Origin: a virus
Lineage: Duplodnaviria > Heunggongvirae > Uroviricota > Caudoviricetes
IMG/VR virus record: IMGVR_UViG_3300036760_000193
Span: 27,395 to 91,394 of that record
Reading direction: 5' to 3' (one strand)
Length of the DNA: 64,000 bases
Shown here: positions 27,163-36,126 of the stretch, in pieces
Numbering within the stretch: the stretch's first letter is position 1
Layout of the letters: every line of letters begins with the position of its first letter
Program-made: the position numbers and the translations under genes
Notes under the pieces: model-generated
Seen by the model: the letters and a program-made list of their open reading frames with translations, nothing else
Database searches by the model: none
What the model was told of the DNA's origin: nothing

Positions 27163-27564
27163 TTATTTTGGCTCAGGTATGTCCAAACAAGTTAGGTCAA
27201 CTTGATAAAGCAAATTGTACCTGCGAATCATAATCATGCTGGCACTTCCATGACCCGGGTTATGTGAAGCACACACTGTTCCTATCGCGGCACCTGTACC
27301 ATCCAAGAACTCAACAGCCAACAACCGTGCGTTATATGGCGTCCCGTCTGGTGCAGTGCCTTTGATCTCTGGCTCTACTATCGCTTTGACTGGCAACCCA
27401 GGAAGGTCTATCCGAACTGATACGCTTGACACTTCGACACCTGGAGCAATTGCCGTGGCGTTCTTATCATTGTTCTTCGTTACATAAACTTGCCACATCA
27501 CTTCTGCACTGGCCGTACTGCACAAAAGCCCTATGTTTAGTAACAAATATAGGTATGTTTTCAT
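27163..27564 (-). CDS. putative secreted protein or lipoprotein (133 aa)
   Basis: Signal peptide MKTYLYLLLNIGLLCSTASA with a possible lipobox GLLC. Confidence 0.5.
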   Translation of the reverse strand: MKTYLYLLLNIGLLCSTASAEVMWQVYVTKNNDKNATAIAPGVEVSSVSVRIDLPGLPVKAIVEPEIKGTAPDGTPYNARLLAVEFLDGTGAAIGTVCASHNPGHGSASMIMIRRYNLLYQVDLTCLDIPEPK

Positions 27565-27800
27565 TTCAAAACCTCCACGGTTAGGGCGGGTTCAAAGGTT
27601 GTGGTAGCATCTATTTGAACGGTGCCTTTATTGATTCTCTCGTACACGATCTCTTCGGCTCTTGCTTTGGCAGTCTCCGCATCCTTGGCGAATACCAACA
27701 CACGCAACTCTACATCTACAGGCACTTCATATTCGTACACTCGTCTCTTCATCTTAATCTCCTTCTCGCTCTTCCTTGATGCACTCCAACTCATCAACAA
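27561..27800 (-). CDS. hypothetical protein (79 aa)
   Basis: Minus ORF. Confidence 0.4.
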   Translation of the reverse strand: MLMSWSASRKSEKEIKMKRRVYEYEVPVDVELRVLVFAKDAETAKARAEEIVYERINKGTVQIDATTTFEPALTVEVLK

Positions 27801-28017
27801 GGTTAGCGATCTCTAAATCTGATAGGTCTGTCCACACATGCAACTCATCTATCATAAAGTCCAATGTAACATACCCACCCACAACGTAACTTTCCACCAA
27901 CTCAAGCATGTACGTATATGCACTGTCCGTTATTTCACTGGTTGTGTTGTCATACCGTATGTATGTATGCTCTGCTACAAGTTCGTCAAATACTTTCTTG
28001 AGGTGGTTGCTGTTCAT
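27754..28017 (-). CDS. hypothetical acidic protein (87 aa)
   Basis: Minus ORF. Confidence 0.4.
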   Translation of the reverse strand: MNSNHLKKVFDELVAEHTYIRYDNTTSEITDSAYTYMLELVESYVVGGYVTLDFMIDELHVWTDLSDLEIANLVDELECIKEEREGD

Positions 28018-28870
28018 TCTTAAACTTCGTCAACTCTTCTGTCAACTTAAACTTGGCGTACTCTTTGGCCTTCTCATACACTGCGGTCGCATCAGCTTGA
28101 TTAGGATTAAATATGTCAATAGGAATCAACAAGCTGGGCTTTAGGTGAATTATCTTGGTCTTGCCGATCATGTCAGGCCACACTTCGGATTCGTGCATGG
28201 CAAACACTCGACGGATGATCTCAAGGATTGGTAGCTTCTCGTTCTCTAGGTAATGGTCATCTACTGCGACGTGTTCGTGGCTAAAGTTACTGACGATGAT
28301 TAGATCAAGGTCTGGTTCCACATCTATCAATGCTTGGGGTAGTTTCTCTTTCACCACAGCCCCGTCGATATAATTAATCTTCCCAATCTTCTTGGGCATG
28401 AACAACATAGGAATAGACGTTGATGCCCTCACCTTGTCTGATATGGTTCCTGTATGGAACAACTGTAATTGGTATGTGTCCAGGCTGGTTGCCGCGATAT
28501 ACAATGGGATATTGGTTTTCTCGAATTCATCTTTATCTTTCAAGGAATCTTTCAGGTAAGTTTCAAGTTTGTCACCAACCACAAAGCCTGTGAAGTTCTT
28601 GGCCTTTTTGATTATAAATTCATAGAGAAGACGCCAACGTGGTTGAAGGTCAATGAACTCTTCTACTTTAAGGGATACCATCTTGCGGTACATCGTTGTC
28701 TTGCTCAAGCCGCAAGCGTAGAAGGCGGCAATGATGCTACCTGCGGATGCCCCCAAGATTACATCTGGCTTAATACTCAATCCTTCTAACTCATCCAGGG
28801 CGGCAACGATCCCCGTGTGCCCGTAAACTCCCTTAAGGGAACCACCAATCAGAATCAGCCCCACCTTCAT
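27986..28870 (-). CDS. patatin-like phospholipase (294 aa)
   Basis: Gly-rich oxyanion motif GLILIGGSLKG and the GxSxG serine motif ILGASAGSI near the N-terminus. Confidence 0.65.
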   Translation of the reverse strand: MKVGLILIGGSLKGVYGHTGIVAALDELEGLSIKPDVILGASAGSIIAAFYACGLSKTTMYRKMVSLKVEEFIDLQPRWRLLYEFIIKKAKNFTGFVVGDKLETYLKDSLKDKDEFEKTNIPLYIAATSLDTYQLQLFHTGTISDKVRASTSIPMLFMPKKIGKINYIDGAVVKEKLPQALIDVEPDLDLIIVSNFSHEHVAVDDHYLENEKLPILEIIRRVFAMHESEVWPDMIGKTKIIHLKPSLLIPIDIFNPNQADATAVYEKAKEYAKFKLTEELTKFKNEQQPPQESI

Positions 28871-29076
28871 GACTTTACGTTAAGGCTTCCAATTCTTTTA
28901 GCGATAGTTGTAAACACTTTAACCAACCGCTTTTGGTTAGCGCGGGTCAACGGAAGGCCACGATACTTTGAATCGCTATCTTCGCCCACATTAAACTCCA
29001 TGCCAATGTACTTAGCATTGTACGGGTTGGTGAATTTATAAACGGTAATCAAACTGTCTTTGTAAACTGATCTCAT
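28867..29076 (-). CDS. hypothetical protein (69 aa)
   Basis: Minus ORF. Confidence 0.35.
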   Translation of the reverse strand: MRSVYKDSLITVYKFTNPYNAKYIGMEFNVGEDSDSKYRGLPLTRANQKRLVKVFTTIAKRIGSLNVKS

Positions 29077-29084
29077 ATTATCTC

Positions 29085-29366
29085 CTATTTTTTCTCTCGT
29101 AGACTTGCAAGCATGTCCCGGCGTTCTTTCTCAACCTTTTTCAGATTGATGCCAAAGAAGTCGGCCAACAATGATTCGATACTTAAACATGCTGGGACAT
29201 ATGGAAACTCATAAGAATCCCCTTTGCCCTGTTCGCAAACAATGAATCCCTTTTCACTCTGCAACCAATCCAAGAACTCTCCCACTGCTTGAGACTCTTT
29301 TTGTACTGCCGCCATCTTCTCACATTCTGGATACTTTTTCATATTGTCCCCTTTTACCAACCACAA
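29085..29366 (-). CDS. hypothetical protein (93 aa)
   Basis: Minus ORF. Confidence 0.4.
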   Translation of the reverse strand: MWLVKGDNMKKYPECEKMAAVQKESQAVGEFLDWLQSEKGFIVCEQGKGDSYEFPYVPACLSIESLLADFFGINLKKVEKERRDMLASLREKK

Positions 29367-29581
29367 CGATCTTCACTATTAACTCTGCGTACTTTAATCT
29401 TACGCTTTTTGGCTCTCTTTGTCAACTCTTGTTTATATAACTCTAGAAATTCTCGTTGCACATTTCGACGGGCGACTCTACGGCGTCCAAGAGGGATACT
29501 ACACAGCGCGTCGATCTGATCTACAGCGACTTTTAATAATAGGTTAAAGTCTTTCTTCATATTCTTTCCTCCAAGCTCCAT
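29354..29581 (-). CDS. hypothetical basic protein (75 aa)
   Basis: Minus ORF. Confidence 0.35.
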   Translation of the reverse strand: MELGGKNMKKDFNLLLKVAVDQIDALCSIPLGRRRVARRNVQREFLELYKQELTKRAKKRKIKVRRVNSEDRCGW

Positions 29582-29682
29582 TCCACCATTCTATTAAGTA
29601 TCTGGTACTCCAATGCAAAGCTATGTTCTCATTCAACTGATCCCCAATCTCTCGCGCCCGATTGAAACGGCGCATCCAGTAT

Positions 29683-29937
29683 TTAATCTTCTGACTTAAC
29701 TTCAAGGATCGCCTCTACCCACGTATGGTGAACTGGTATCACATCAAATATCTGCCGCCCGATCTGTACTGGCTCTAGCAACTGTAATCCATACATCTGT
29801 CCGCCATCCCCCACAGCTTCTATCTTAAGCTCCAATCCAAGGAACGGCTTCAATTCGTTTAGGTTACGGATGCCGAGATACCCCAACGGCAACTGCGCGA
29901 TACGCACCATGTCTCCCTTCTGAAAGACAACACTCAT
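29683..29937 (-). CDS. hypothetical protein (84 aa)
   Basis: Minus ORF. Confidence 0.4.
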   Translation of the reverse strand: MSVVFQKGDMVRIAQLPLGYLGIRNLNELKPFLGLELKIEAVGDGGQMYGLQLLEPVQIGRQIFDVIPVHHTWVEAILEVKSED

Positions 29938-30227
29938 CGTTCATCGCTCCCACAGCATCCACCATTACCAAGCACTTGTACTTCCTTCTCAAGCAGGGCT
30001 ATCATATTCTTTTGAATCTCAATGATTTCCGTGAGTTGTTTAATCTGGAACTCATGGTTCGCTAACAAAGCTTCTTGGTTCTTCAAAAGGGCTTGATCGT
30101 TAAGGCGAGATGCTTCCTTCAAATCTACTAATTCCTTTGAAATAATTAATGACGCATCATCTGGTACAATAGGGATATGAATTGGTTGATTCTGTTCGTG
30201 CTTAGGCCATACATTTCCATCACTCAT
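29934..30227 (-). CDS. hypothetical coiled-coil protein (97 aa)
   Basis: GGAGGT SD; promoter P9 upstream. Confidence 0.45.
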   Translation of the reverse strand: MSDGNVWPKHEQNQPIHIPIVPDDASLIISKELVDLKEASRLNDQALLKNQEALLANHEFQIKQLTEIIEIQKNMIALLEKEVQVLGNGGCCGSDER

Positions 30228-30246
30228 AAAGACCTCCGTTTCCTAC

Positions 30247-30275
30247 AGTATACATCCAAAGTTACAATTTGTCAA
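30247..30275 (-). promoter_or_regulatory. sigma70-type promoter P9 (TTGACA-17-TATACT)
   Basis: Plus agtata 30247-30252, tgtcaa 30270-30275. Confidence 0.6.
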
Positions 30276-30282
30276 GGGGAAT

Positions 30283-30579
30283 CTAACAATCACGGGAGAC
30301 TATCTGTTCTCTCAGGAAGTTCACGATATGCTGCGCGGTCGCTTCTGCTGCCTTTGCTGCTTCCTTCTCCAACCATGCTTCCATGTCATCATCGCGGTTC
30401 ATGTCGGCCAGCTGACCTTTCTTAAGCTTCTTGTTACGCTGATCTATTTCGTGACGATGTTCGTTGAGGGTTAGCCGAAAGTCTGTCATCAATAAATTGA
30501 ACAGCATGTCTTGTACCCGTTGATCTATGTACTCCGCTCTCCGTCTACGGCGTTCTGCTGCGTCTTCGCTGTCACTCAT
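30283..30579 (-). CDS. hypothetical protein (98 aa)
   Basis: Minus ORF. Confidence 0.4.
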   Translation of the reverse strand: MSDSEDAAERRRRRAEYIDQRVQDMLFNLLMTDFRLTLNEHRHEIDQRNKKLKKGQLADMNRDDDMEAWLEKEAAKAAEATAQHIVNFLREQIVSRDC

Positions 30580-30791
30580 TTGTACTCCTTTACTCTTTTG
30601 CGTTCAGCCCACCATATTCTTAATCTTCTCCAAATCAATATCTTGAGTGCCAACAGTAGGAACCCAAGTATGTACATTTCTAGCAATGACGAAAGCCGAA
30701 CTTGGGCACCCATCTTAAAGAACCCCTGTTCAACTTTCACTTCGATAAAGCTATTGTGCTTGGCGTCTGCTAATCTCATGCTGCTCCTCAA
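30576..30791 (-). CDS. hypothetical membrane protein (71 aa)
   Basis: TM segment ILGFLLLALKILIW. Confidence 0.35.
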   Translation of the reverse strand: MRSSMRLADAKHNSFIEVKVEQGFFKMGAQVRLSSLLEMYILGFLLLALKILIWRRLRIWWAERKRVKEYK

Positions 30792-30948
30792 TCCACACGG
30801 ACAGTTCTAATGGTGTCATCTGCTCGTAACCCCACATGCCAATTTTCGGGCACATATATGCTTCTGGGTTAAGTCTCAAAATATCTTTAATGTGATCTTT
30901 CCTCAACCGATTGCAGTTCTTGCACCTGTCCATCTCTATTTCGTTCAT
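30751..30948 (-). CDS. hypothetical zinc-ribbon protein (65 aa)
   Basis: CKNCN...C motif. Confidence 0.35.
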   Translation of the reverse strand: MNEIEMDRCKNCNRLRKDHIKDILRLNPEAYMCPKIGMWGYEQMTPLELSVWIEEQHEISRRQAQ

Positions 30949-30979
30949 ACTGTTCCTCTATATCCCGCCAATAATCCCG

Positions 30980-31222
30980 CTAAAATGGCGAGGTATCTTC
31001 TGGTATAGTATAGGGTGTTTCGCATGAATCCTTTTGGTAACGTGATCTTGCGTCGTCTGCTACATCTATGAACACACACGCATCCATAGGCTTGAACTCG
31101 TAGTTCTCTAGAAGCCTGATGAAGGCTTGCCGATCCATGTGACCTGTTACATAAAGCTTTCGTATTGTTGCTAACATTTCTCGCCCTATTACTTTGTGTG
31201 CAACATTATAATTCTCTTCCAT
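30980..31222 (-). CDS. hypothetical protein (80 aa)
   Basis: Minus ORF. Confidence 0.4.
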   Translation of the reverse strand: MEENYNVAHKVIGREMLATIRKLYVTGHMDRQAFIRLLENYEFKPMDACVFIDVADDARSRYQKDSCETPYTIPEDTSPF

Positions 31223-31394
31223 TCGTCATTGCCTCTATTCCTTCTTTACATCTATGAAGAATGTAATCATCCCAGCAAGCAGGTGTAATCTCTCCATTCT
31301 CCCAGGTGTTGTAGTAAATCTTCTTGCGCCCACAATACTTACAATTCGATTCTGACTTTGATGTCTTCTTGCGCTTCATAGTTTGCACGGGCAA
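31206..31394 (-). CDS. hypothetical zinc-ribbon protein (62 aa)
   Basis: CKYCG...C...C motif. Confidence 0.35.
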   Translation of the reverse strand: MPVQTMKRKKTSKSESNCKYCGRKKIYYNTWENGEITPACWDDYILHRCKEGIEAMTNGREL

Positions 31395-31531
31395 GCCATT
31401 ATGTATCGACCTTTAAGTCCGTGACTAACTCGTCCCTCCGTTACGGGCTTTATAGCATACCTTTATGGTATGCGCGTTACGACTGTCGCGGTTGGACAGG
31501 AGTGAAGCCAGCCGATGAAGGCTGCACCGCA

Positions 31532-32437
31532 TTATTTATCTGATCTGTCTTTAGAAGGTTGAACGTTGATGAAGGGAATTGTACCACCACCCATAATTGT
31601 ATCTGGCAGTTTACCATCCCATTTGCTAATGGCCTTTACTTGTGCTTCAATGCGTCTAAGCTCCAACAACTCTGACGTGATAACTTCACGTTGCGCTCTT
31701 AACCCTGCGGCTTCCGCTTGGGCTTTAGCGACTTGTTGTTCTGCTTCTGTCTTAACTTGGCGAAGAGTATTCTGCGCGGTTAAGGCATTCTGCTCTGCGA
31801 TCTGCTTCTGCTCGATAGCATGTGCAAACCCTTCACTGAACTTGAAGTTCGTGATGTACGTCTCTGTCAACACTAAGTCTGCTTTCTTAAGAAGCAAGGC
31901 CAAATGTTCTTGCACTTGGGCTTTAACAGCTTCACGCTTTGTGATAAGCTCTTCGGCTGTATACAATGCCGTCACAGCTTTTACTGCTTCTTGTACTGCT
32001 GGGTGGATAACCTTCTCACTATAATCTTTACCATAGTTCTGATAGATTTGTGGTACCGCTTCTGCACTTGGATGAACGTTCAATGTAACTTTGGTTGAAA
32101 CATCCTGCAAGTCTCTGCTGGCTGCGGTTGTCTCGAACTCTTCTTTCTGAATCCGAACGTCATATGTGATAGCACTTTGAACGAAGGGCATAATCAAATG
32201 GAACCCTTCCCCCAACGCTGTCTTCTGTACGCCATTAAACTTATCGAACACTACAACTCTCTCACCTGCACCGACGATTACAATTGAACTGGCAATGTTG
32301 GTAACACCAACAACACCAATGAACATGAAACCAGCGGCTACAACTGTGCCTACTCCGAACTCTTTACCTACTACTTTCTTGAAGACATAGGCGGCAATGG
32401 CCGCTGCTCCAAGGATGAACACTAGGAATGACAACAT
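31532..32437 (-). CDS. SPFH / band-7 (prohibitin/HflC-like) membrane protein (301 aa)
   Basis: N-terminal TM segments; band-7 core (VVVFDKFNGV...ITYDVRIQ) followed by a long Ala/Gln/Glu coiled coil. Confidence 0.65.
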   Translation of the reverse strand: MLSFLVFILGAAAIAAYVFKKVVGKEFGVGTVVAAGFMFIGVVGVTNIASSIVIVGAGERVVVFDKFNGVQKTALGEGFHLIMPFVQSAITYDVRIQKEEFETTAASRDLQDVSTKVTLNVHPSAEAVPQIYQNYGKDYSEKVIHPAVQEAVKAVTALYTAEELITKREAVKAQVQEHLALLLKKADLVLTETYITNFKFSEGFAHAIEQKQIAEQNALTAQNTLRQVKTEAEQQVAKAQAEAAGLRAQREVITSELLELRRIEAQVKAISKWDGKLPDTIMGGGTIPFINVQPSKDRSDK

Positions 32438-32542
32438 GTTTACTGCTCCTTTACTTTTATTTGAACTTCAAATTGTTTCAGCATCTCTACAGCTTTGGCT
32501 CTCTGCTCTGGTGTCATCTGTTCTAGAATACCCGCGATTGCT

Positions 32543-32851
32543 TCAAGAGCGTCTATCTTTTCCACGCTTCTCCCGTTCCTCTCTGAGTGACTGTATAATT
32601 AATGGAACATGCTTATCATCTGTCAACATCGTCAAAGCTTCTTCATGCAGTGTGTAGTAATTGTACGTCTCATTGTAATCCCCTTCACACCGGATTAAGC
32701 ACATCCGCAACAACGCCCAGCATGTCCCGCCTTGTACTCGATCATTGTCTACCCACCATCCGCCAGGGATTGATTGCGTCAACTCTTGGTTCTCTGAGTC
32801 TCTGATCTTCTCTATCAGCTTACACATCCTAGTTGTGAGAAATGGGTTCAC
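32543..32851 (-). CDS. hypothetical protein (102 aa)
   Basis: Minus ORF. Confidence 0.4.
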   Translation of the reverse strand: MNPFLTTRMCKLIEKIRDSENQELTQSIPGGWWVDNDRVQGGTCWALLRMCLIRCEGDYNETYNYYTLHEEALTMLTDDKHVPLIIQSLREEREKRGKDRRS

Positions 32852-32985
32852 TTAATGTCCCTTAAACCAACCGTAATCAGGAACATAGTTGACTCGATAG
32901 AAGGTGCACAAACTTGTACGGGAACAACGCTTCTCTCCCTTCTTACATAGCGAACACCGTTTCCGTTTGGCTTTCATTGGAACGT

Positions 32986-33297
32986 TCATAGGTTTATTAA
33001 ACTCTCCGACCCGCCCCAAATATAAATTAGAATAGACGCAATGGCTTCCAAACGAGTTTGTCGAAAAATATTGTAATACATTGGTTTGTCATCTTCGTCG
33101 ATTGTGTATACTCGCCATATCATACCGCCAAGTGTTGGTACATAATGCAGGTGCCATTTCCTCATAAGCCGTTGCCATCTGTACTTCATCCTCAAATATA
33201 TGCAATATGGATGGAGACTTGGGTGTTTCTGATAATCTCTACTCATTTGGTTTGCTTCCTTTTGGTTAATTATACGCTTAAGTTCGACGATAGTCAA
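32986..33297 (-). CDS. hypothetical protein (103 aa)
   Basis: Minus ORF. Confidence 0.4.
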   Translation of the reverse strand: MTIVELKRIINQKEANQMSRDYQKHPSLHPYCIYLRMKYRWQRLMRKWHLHYVPTLGGMIWRVYTIDEDDKPMYYNIFRQTRLEAIASILIYIWGGSESLINL

Positions 33298-33460
33298 GCT
33301 TATACCGCTCCCTTAAATACTCCATAGCCACTGCCATTTGCATTGGATTCATACCATGCTTCTGCAAGGCGTCAATAAACTCTTCTGTTGTTACACGCCC
33401 GTCCATCCAACCATATCCTTTCAGGCGTAGTTCTATCTTTGAAAACCATTCCCAGTTCAT
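33278..33460 (-). CDS. hypothetical protein (60 aa)
   Basis: Minus ORF. Confidence 0.3.
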   Translation of the reverse strand: MNWEWFSKIELRLKGYGWMDGRVTTEEFIDALQKHGMNPMQMAVAMEYLRERYKLDYRRT

Positions 33461-33563
33461 TGCTTCCCAATAAATCTATACCAACGTTGCACTGTTCGAT
33501 CTGTGATGAAGTCTTCTGTCTTCATCCACAGAATTATAAAGGTAAACAGTCTGATCCATCCGG

Positions 33564-33758
33564 TCATTGTACCAATGTAGCTGGGTCTATTTCTTCAAAT
33601 AACTCTTTCACATCTGGTAACAATTGTGCATTTTCATGTTCAATGAACTGTACTTGAAGTTGATTGATGACCGCTTCCAAATCTTTAATACGTCGTTCAA
33701 TTGGTGTAGTTCCGTCATCTCTATACACTGGCAACTTCTTTAGCTTGTAAACTTTCAT
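33564..33758 (-). CDS. hypothetical protein (64 aa)
   Basis: Minus ORF. Confidence 0.35.
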   Translation of the reverse strand: MKVYKLKKLPVYRDDGTTPIERRIKDLEAVINQLQVQFIEHENAQLLPDVKELFEEIDPATLVQ

Positions 33759-34009
33759 AATGTCTCCCTGTGTTTTTCTAATTCATCTGTTATCATCACT
33801 GCCCAATCATGTGTGATCCCAAGGTACTCCAGTTCTTGTATGAACGCATCGTAACCCCAAATGTTTCTGAGGTACTCCAATGATCTACGTATAGCAAAGG
33901 CAACCTTCGGGTCTACCTTCTCCGACTTGGCAATCATTTCACGCAATTTTCCTGATCCCATTTCAGAGAAAAAGTAATCAGTTGGTGGGGCTTTGACTGG
34001 TTCGTTCAC
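33755..34009 (-). CDS. hypothetical protein (84 aa)
   Basis: GTG start with AAGAGGTGA SD. Confidence 0.4.
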   Translation of the reverse strand: MNEPVKAPPTDYFFSEMGSGKLREMIAKSEKVDPKVAFAIRRSLEYLRNIWGYDAFIQELEYLGITHDWAVMITDELEKHRETL

Positions 34010-34170
34010 CCTATCACCTCTTTGCCAAGATTATAAATACCTTCTAACACCGCCCATACAATCGCAACTGCTGGCACCACTGTTACCAGTAGAACCAGGG
34101 CTATCACTGTTGCGATTGCCAACATAATCACTGTTACCAATCCAGTTAGAAAGTATCCAATGTGTTTCAT
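34006..34170 (-). CDS. small membrane protein (54 aa)
   Basis: ATG 34170; two hydrophobic helices (LTGLVTVIMLAIATVIALVLLVTVV); below the ORF-table cutoff. Confidence 0.35.
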   Translation of the reverse strand: MKHIGYFLTGLVTVIMLAIATVIALVLLVTVVPAVAIVWAVLEGIYNLGKEVIG

Positions 34171-34505
34171 AAGCCTTTGTATTTCCTGAACTTCTCAATC
34201 ATTTGGGATATCTTCACACCGTCTCCATCAAGCTCTGTAATTACTTCCATGAACTCTTTCTCATCCAACTTGTCAATCGAATCAAAGAAGTCCCACATCT
34301 TAAAGGCCAACTCACGGCGGCAATGCTTGATGACAGATCGCATCTCTTCCACACTTGATTGCTTCTCACACTTCACATCAGCATTAGGTGTCGTCGCCAT
34401 ACCAGGGAATATCGCTAATGATGCACTCTTAATTGTTTTCCATACTCCCGATGGTTTACCACAATTACCCCCACAGTATTTACAATCACTCATTACCGTT
34501 TCCAT
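34167..34505 (-). CDS. hypothetical Cys-containing protein (112 aa)
   Basis: CKYCGGNCGK motif. Confidence 0.4.
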   Translation of the reverse strand: METVMSDCKYCGGNCGKPSGVWKTIKSASLAIFPGMATTPNADVKCEKQSSVEEMRSVIKHCRRELAFKMWDFFDSIDKLDEKEFMEVITELDGDGVKISQMIEKFRKYKGL

Positions 34506-34879
34506 TGAATGTCAATGTAATGCCATTCATTGTGCTTTCCACTATTGGTTGGCTCTACCCAATAACCTAACTGGAAAAGCGCATCAATCACTTTCTTAAT
34601 AGCTTTATCAGAATAGTTATTGACTCGAAATGCCGTGGTGTATTGCCCATTTGCAATTGCTTCTTTAATCGAATCCTCTATTTGTAATGACAAGTCAATG
34701 TACTCTTTATCTTCTTGATGTGCAATAGCTACTGCGGTCTTAGCTGCGGAAATCTCAGCGGTCTGGAATCCTTTGGTTTGTTTTGCTTCCACTATGCCTA
34801 CTGTGAATAGACAGATTACAATTAAAGTAAACCATTTGTTCATATCATTCTCCTTTCTTCTCGTTGTCTGCCCATTCAA
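34493..34879 (-). CDS. putative secreted protein (128 aa)
   Basis: Signal-peptide-like FTLIVICLFTVGIVEA. Confidence 0.45.
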   Translation of the reverse strand: MNGQTTRRKENDMNKWFTLIVICLFTVGIVEAKQTKGFQTAEISAAKTAVAIAHQEDKEYIDLSLQIEDSIKEAIANGQYTTAFRVNNYSDKAIKKVIDALFQLGYWVEPTNSGKHNEWHYIDIQWKR

Positions 34880-35132
34880 TCACTTCGGCCATCAATATTG
34901 GTGTCAACTTACATAGCTTCATGTCGTCAATCAAATCCTCTTTGGTCTTGGTTCCAGCAATATACTTCTTCACCTTCTCATCTAAAGTCTGCACTGCCCC
35001 CATCGCGCATCGCTTCCAATAACCAGAAGGGGCTGAGTGTGCCATCGCTTGGAATATATAATCACCCTTGACGGGGTTCTCTACTTCACCAAAGAAGAAG
35101 TCTTCAAGTGTCTGTTCCAACTCTTTCTTCAT
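34845..35132 (-). CDS. hypothetical protein (95 aa)
   Basis: Minus ORF. Confidence 0.4.
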   Translation of the reverse strand: MKKELEQTLEDFFFGEVENPVKGDYIFQAMAHSAPSGYWKRCAMGAVQTLDEKVKKYIAGTKTKEDLIDDMKLCKLTPILMAEVIEWADNEKKGE

Positions 35133-35476
35133 TCTCCTGTCCCTCGCACTATCTTACGCTTTTTGATGTCATAAGTCAATACCTTGTTGGCTTCTATTTC
35201 TTCAATGATCTCTGACAACTCTATTGGAGTCGGCTCAATCTGCATCAGCCACTCAATCAATGCACCCTTAGATAACTTATCGAACACATATGCTTCTTGA
35301 ACTTGCGCGAACACCTTAACCATTTCGGTTGCCACTTTAGCTCCGCCTATATCCGCTTGGCCGTGCTTCCATTTCTGCATCCAGTCATAGCCGACTTCAT
35401 GTTTCATGACCAAATTATAAATGCGTCTCTCTACATCGTGGAAGGGGCTTGAGTTAGTGTAAGTGATGTTTCCCAT
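35129..35476 (-). CDS. hypothetical protein (115 aa)
   Basis: Minus ORF. Confidence 0.4.
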   Translation of the reverse strand: MGNITYTNSSPFHDVERRIYNLVMKHEVGYDWMQKWKHGQADIGGAKVATEMVKVFAQVQEAYVFDKLSKGALIEWLMQIEPTPIELSEIIEEIEANKVLTYDIKKRKIVRGTGE

Positions 35477-35937
35477 TTGTCTAATACCTCACAGAATTCT
35501 AATGCGTTATTCAAAATCATACAGGTGATGTTCTGCCACTTCTTTGCTGGTGGATACACTCGATACATCGCCATCAAAAAGGTTTCTTTCTCGTTGTACA
35601 AAACCAACGGTTGTCCTTTCATCAGAGTCAATGAAAAATCCAATGGCACACGGTTTACATTCAAGAACTTATACTTCTTGCTTCGGTATTGTGTCGTAGC
35701 CCTCTTACATACATTATACATTTTATTTGTAACAGGGTCAACAAGAATCGAATTAAGTTCGTACCTTTTGAAGTAGTCTGATACTTCTTCTGGGGTCAAT
35801 GGGATCATCATTTGCTTTCTACTATCGCATCCGTTGCGGCCATCGCACACAGGGCAATTATAACTGTAAACATCCCCGCTCCAAACGCTGACAGCCCAAC
35901 GCCAATCCAAATGGCTCCGATAGCCCAACCCTTCCAA
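35431..35937 (-). CDS. hypothetical protein (168 aa) with a CPVCDG zinc motif
   Basis: Minus ORF. Confidence 0.45.
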   Translation of the reverse strand: MEGLGYRSHLDWRWAVSVWSGDVYSYNCPVCDGRNGCDSRKQMMIPLTPEEVSDYFKRYELNSILVDPVTNKMYNVCKRATTQYRSKKYKFLNVNRVPLDFSLTLMKGQPLVLYNEKETFLMAMYRVYPPAKKWQNITCMILNNALEFCEVLDKWETSLTLTQAPSTM

Positions 35938-35954
35938 CTATTATTTCTTTTCAT
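35808..35954 (-). CDS. possible small membrane protein (48 aa), uncertain
   Basis: Internal ATG of ORF 35808..36053; TM segment WAIGAIWIGVGLSAFGAGMFTVIIALCAMAA. Confidence 0.25.
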   Translation of the reverse strand: MKRNNSWKGWAIGAIWIGVGLSAFGAGMFTVIIALCAMAATDAIVESK

Positions 35955-36126
35955 TCGCCTTCTCCAATCCATATCTGTAACCTGTGATCCCTGCTCCAAT
36001 GATAGCGGCCAGCATCCCCACCAGTCCACGAACGGCGTCTGTTGATCCTGCAACCATCAGAGGGGTCGTAACCCATCCCACCACAAAGAAGCTCATCAAT
36101 TGAACTATTCTCAATACGTCTTTCAT
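35941..36126 (-). CDS. small two-TM membrane protein, holin-like (61 aa)
   Basis: AAAGGAGAG SD; two hydrophobic helices; charged C-terminus. Confidence 0.45.
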   Translation of the reverse strand: MKDVLRIVQLMSFFVVGWVTTPLMVAGSTDAVRGLVGMLAAIIGAGITGYRYGLEKANEKK

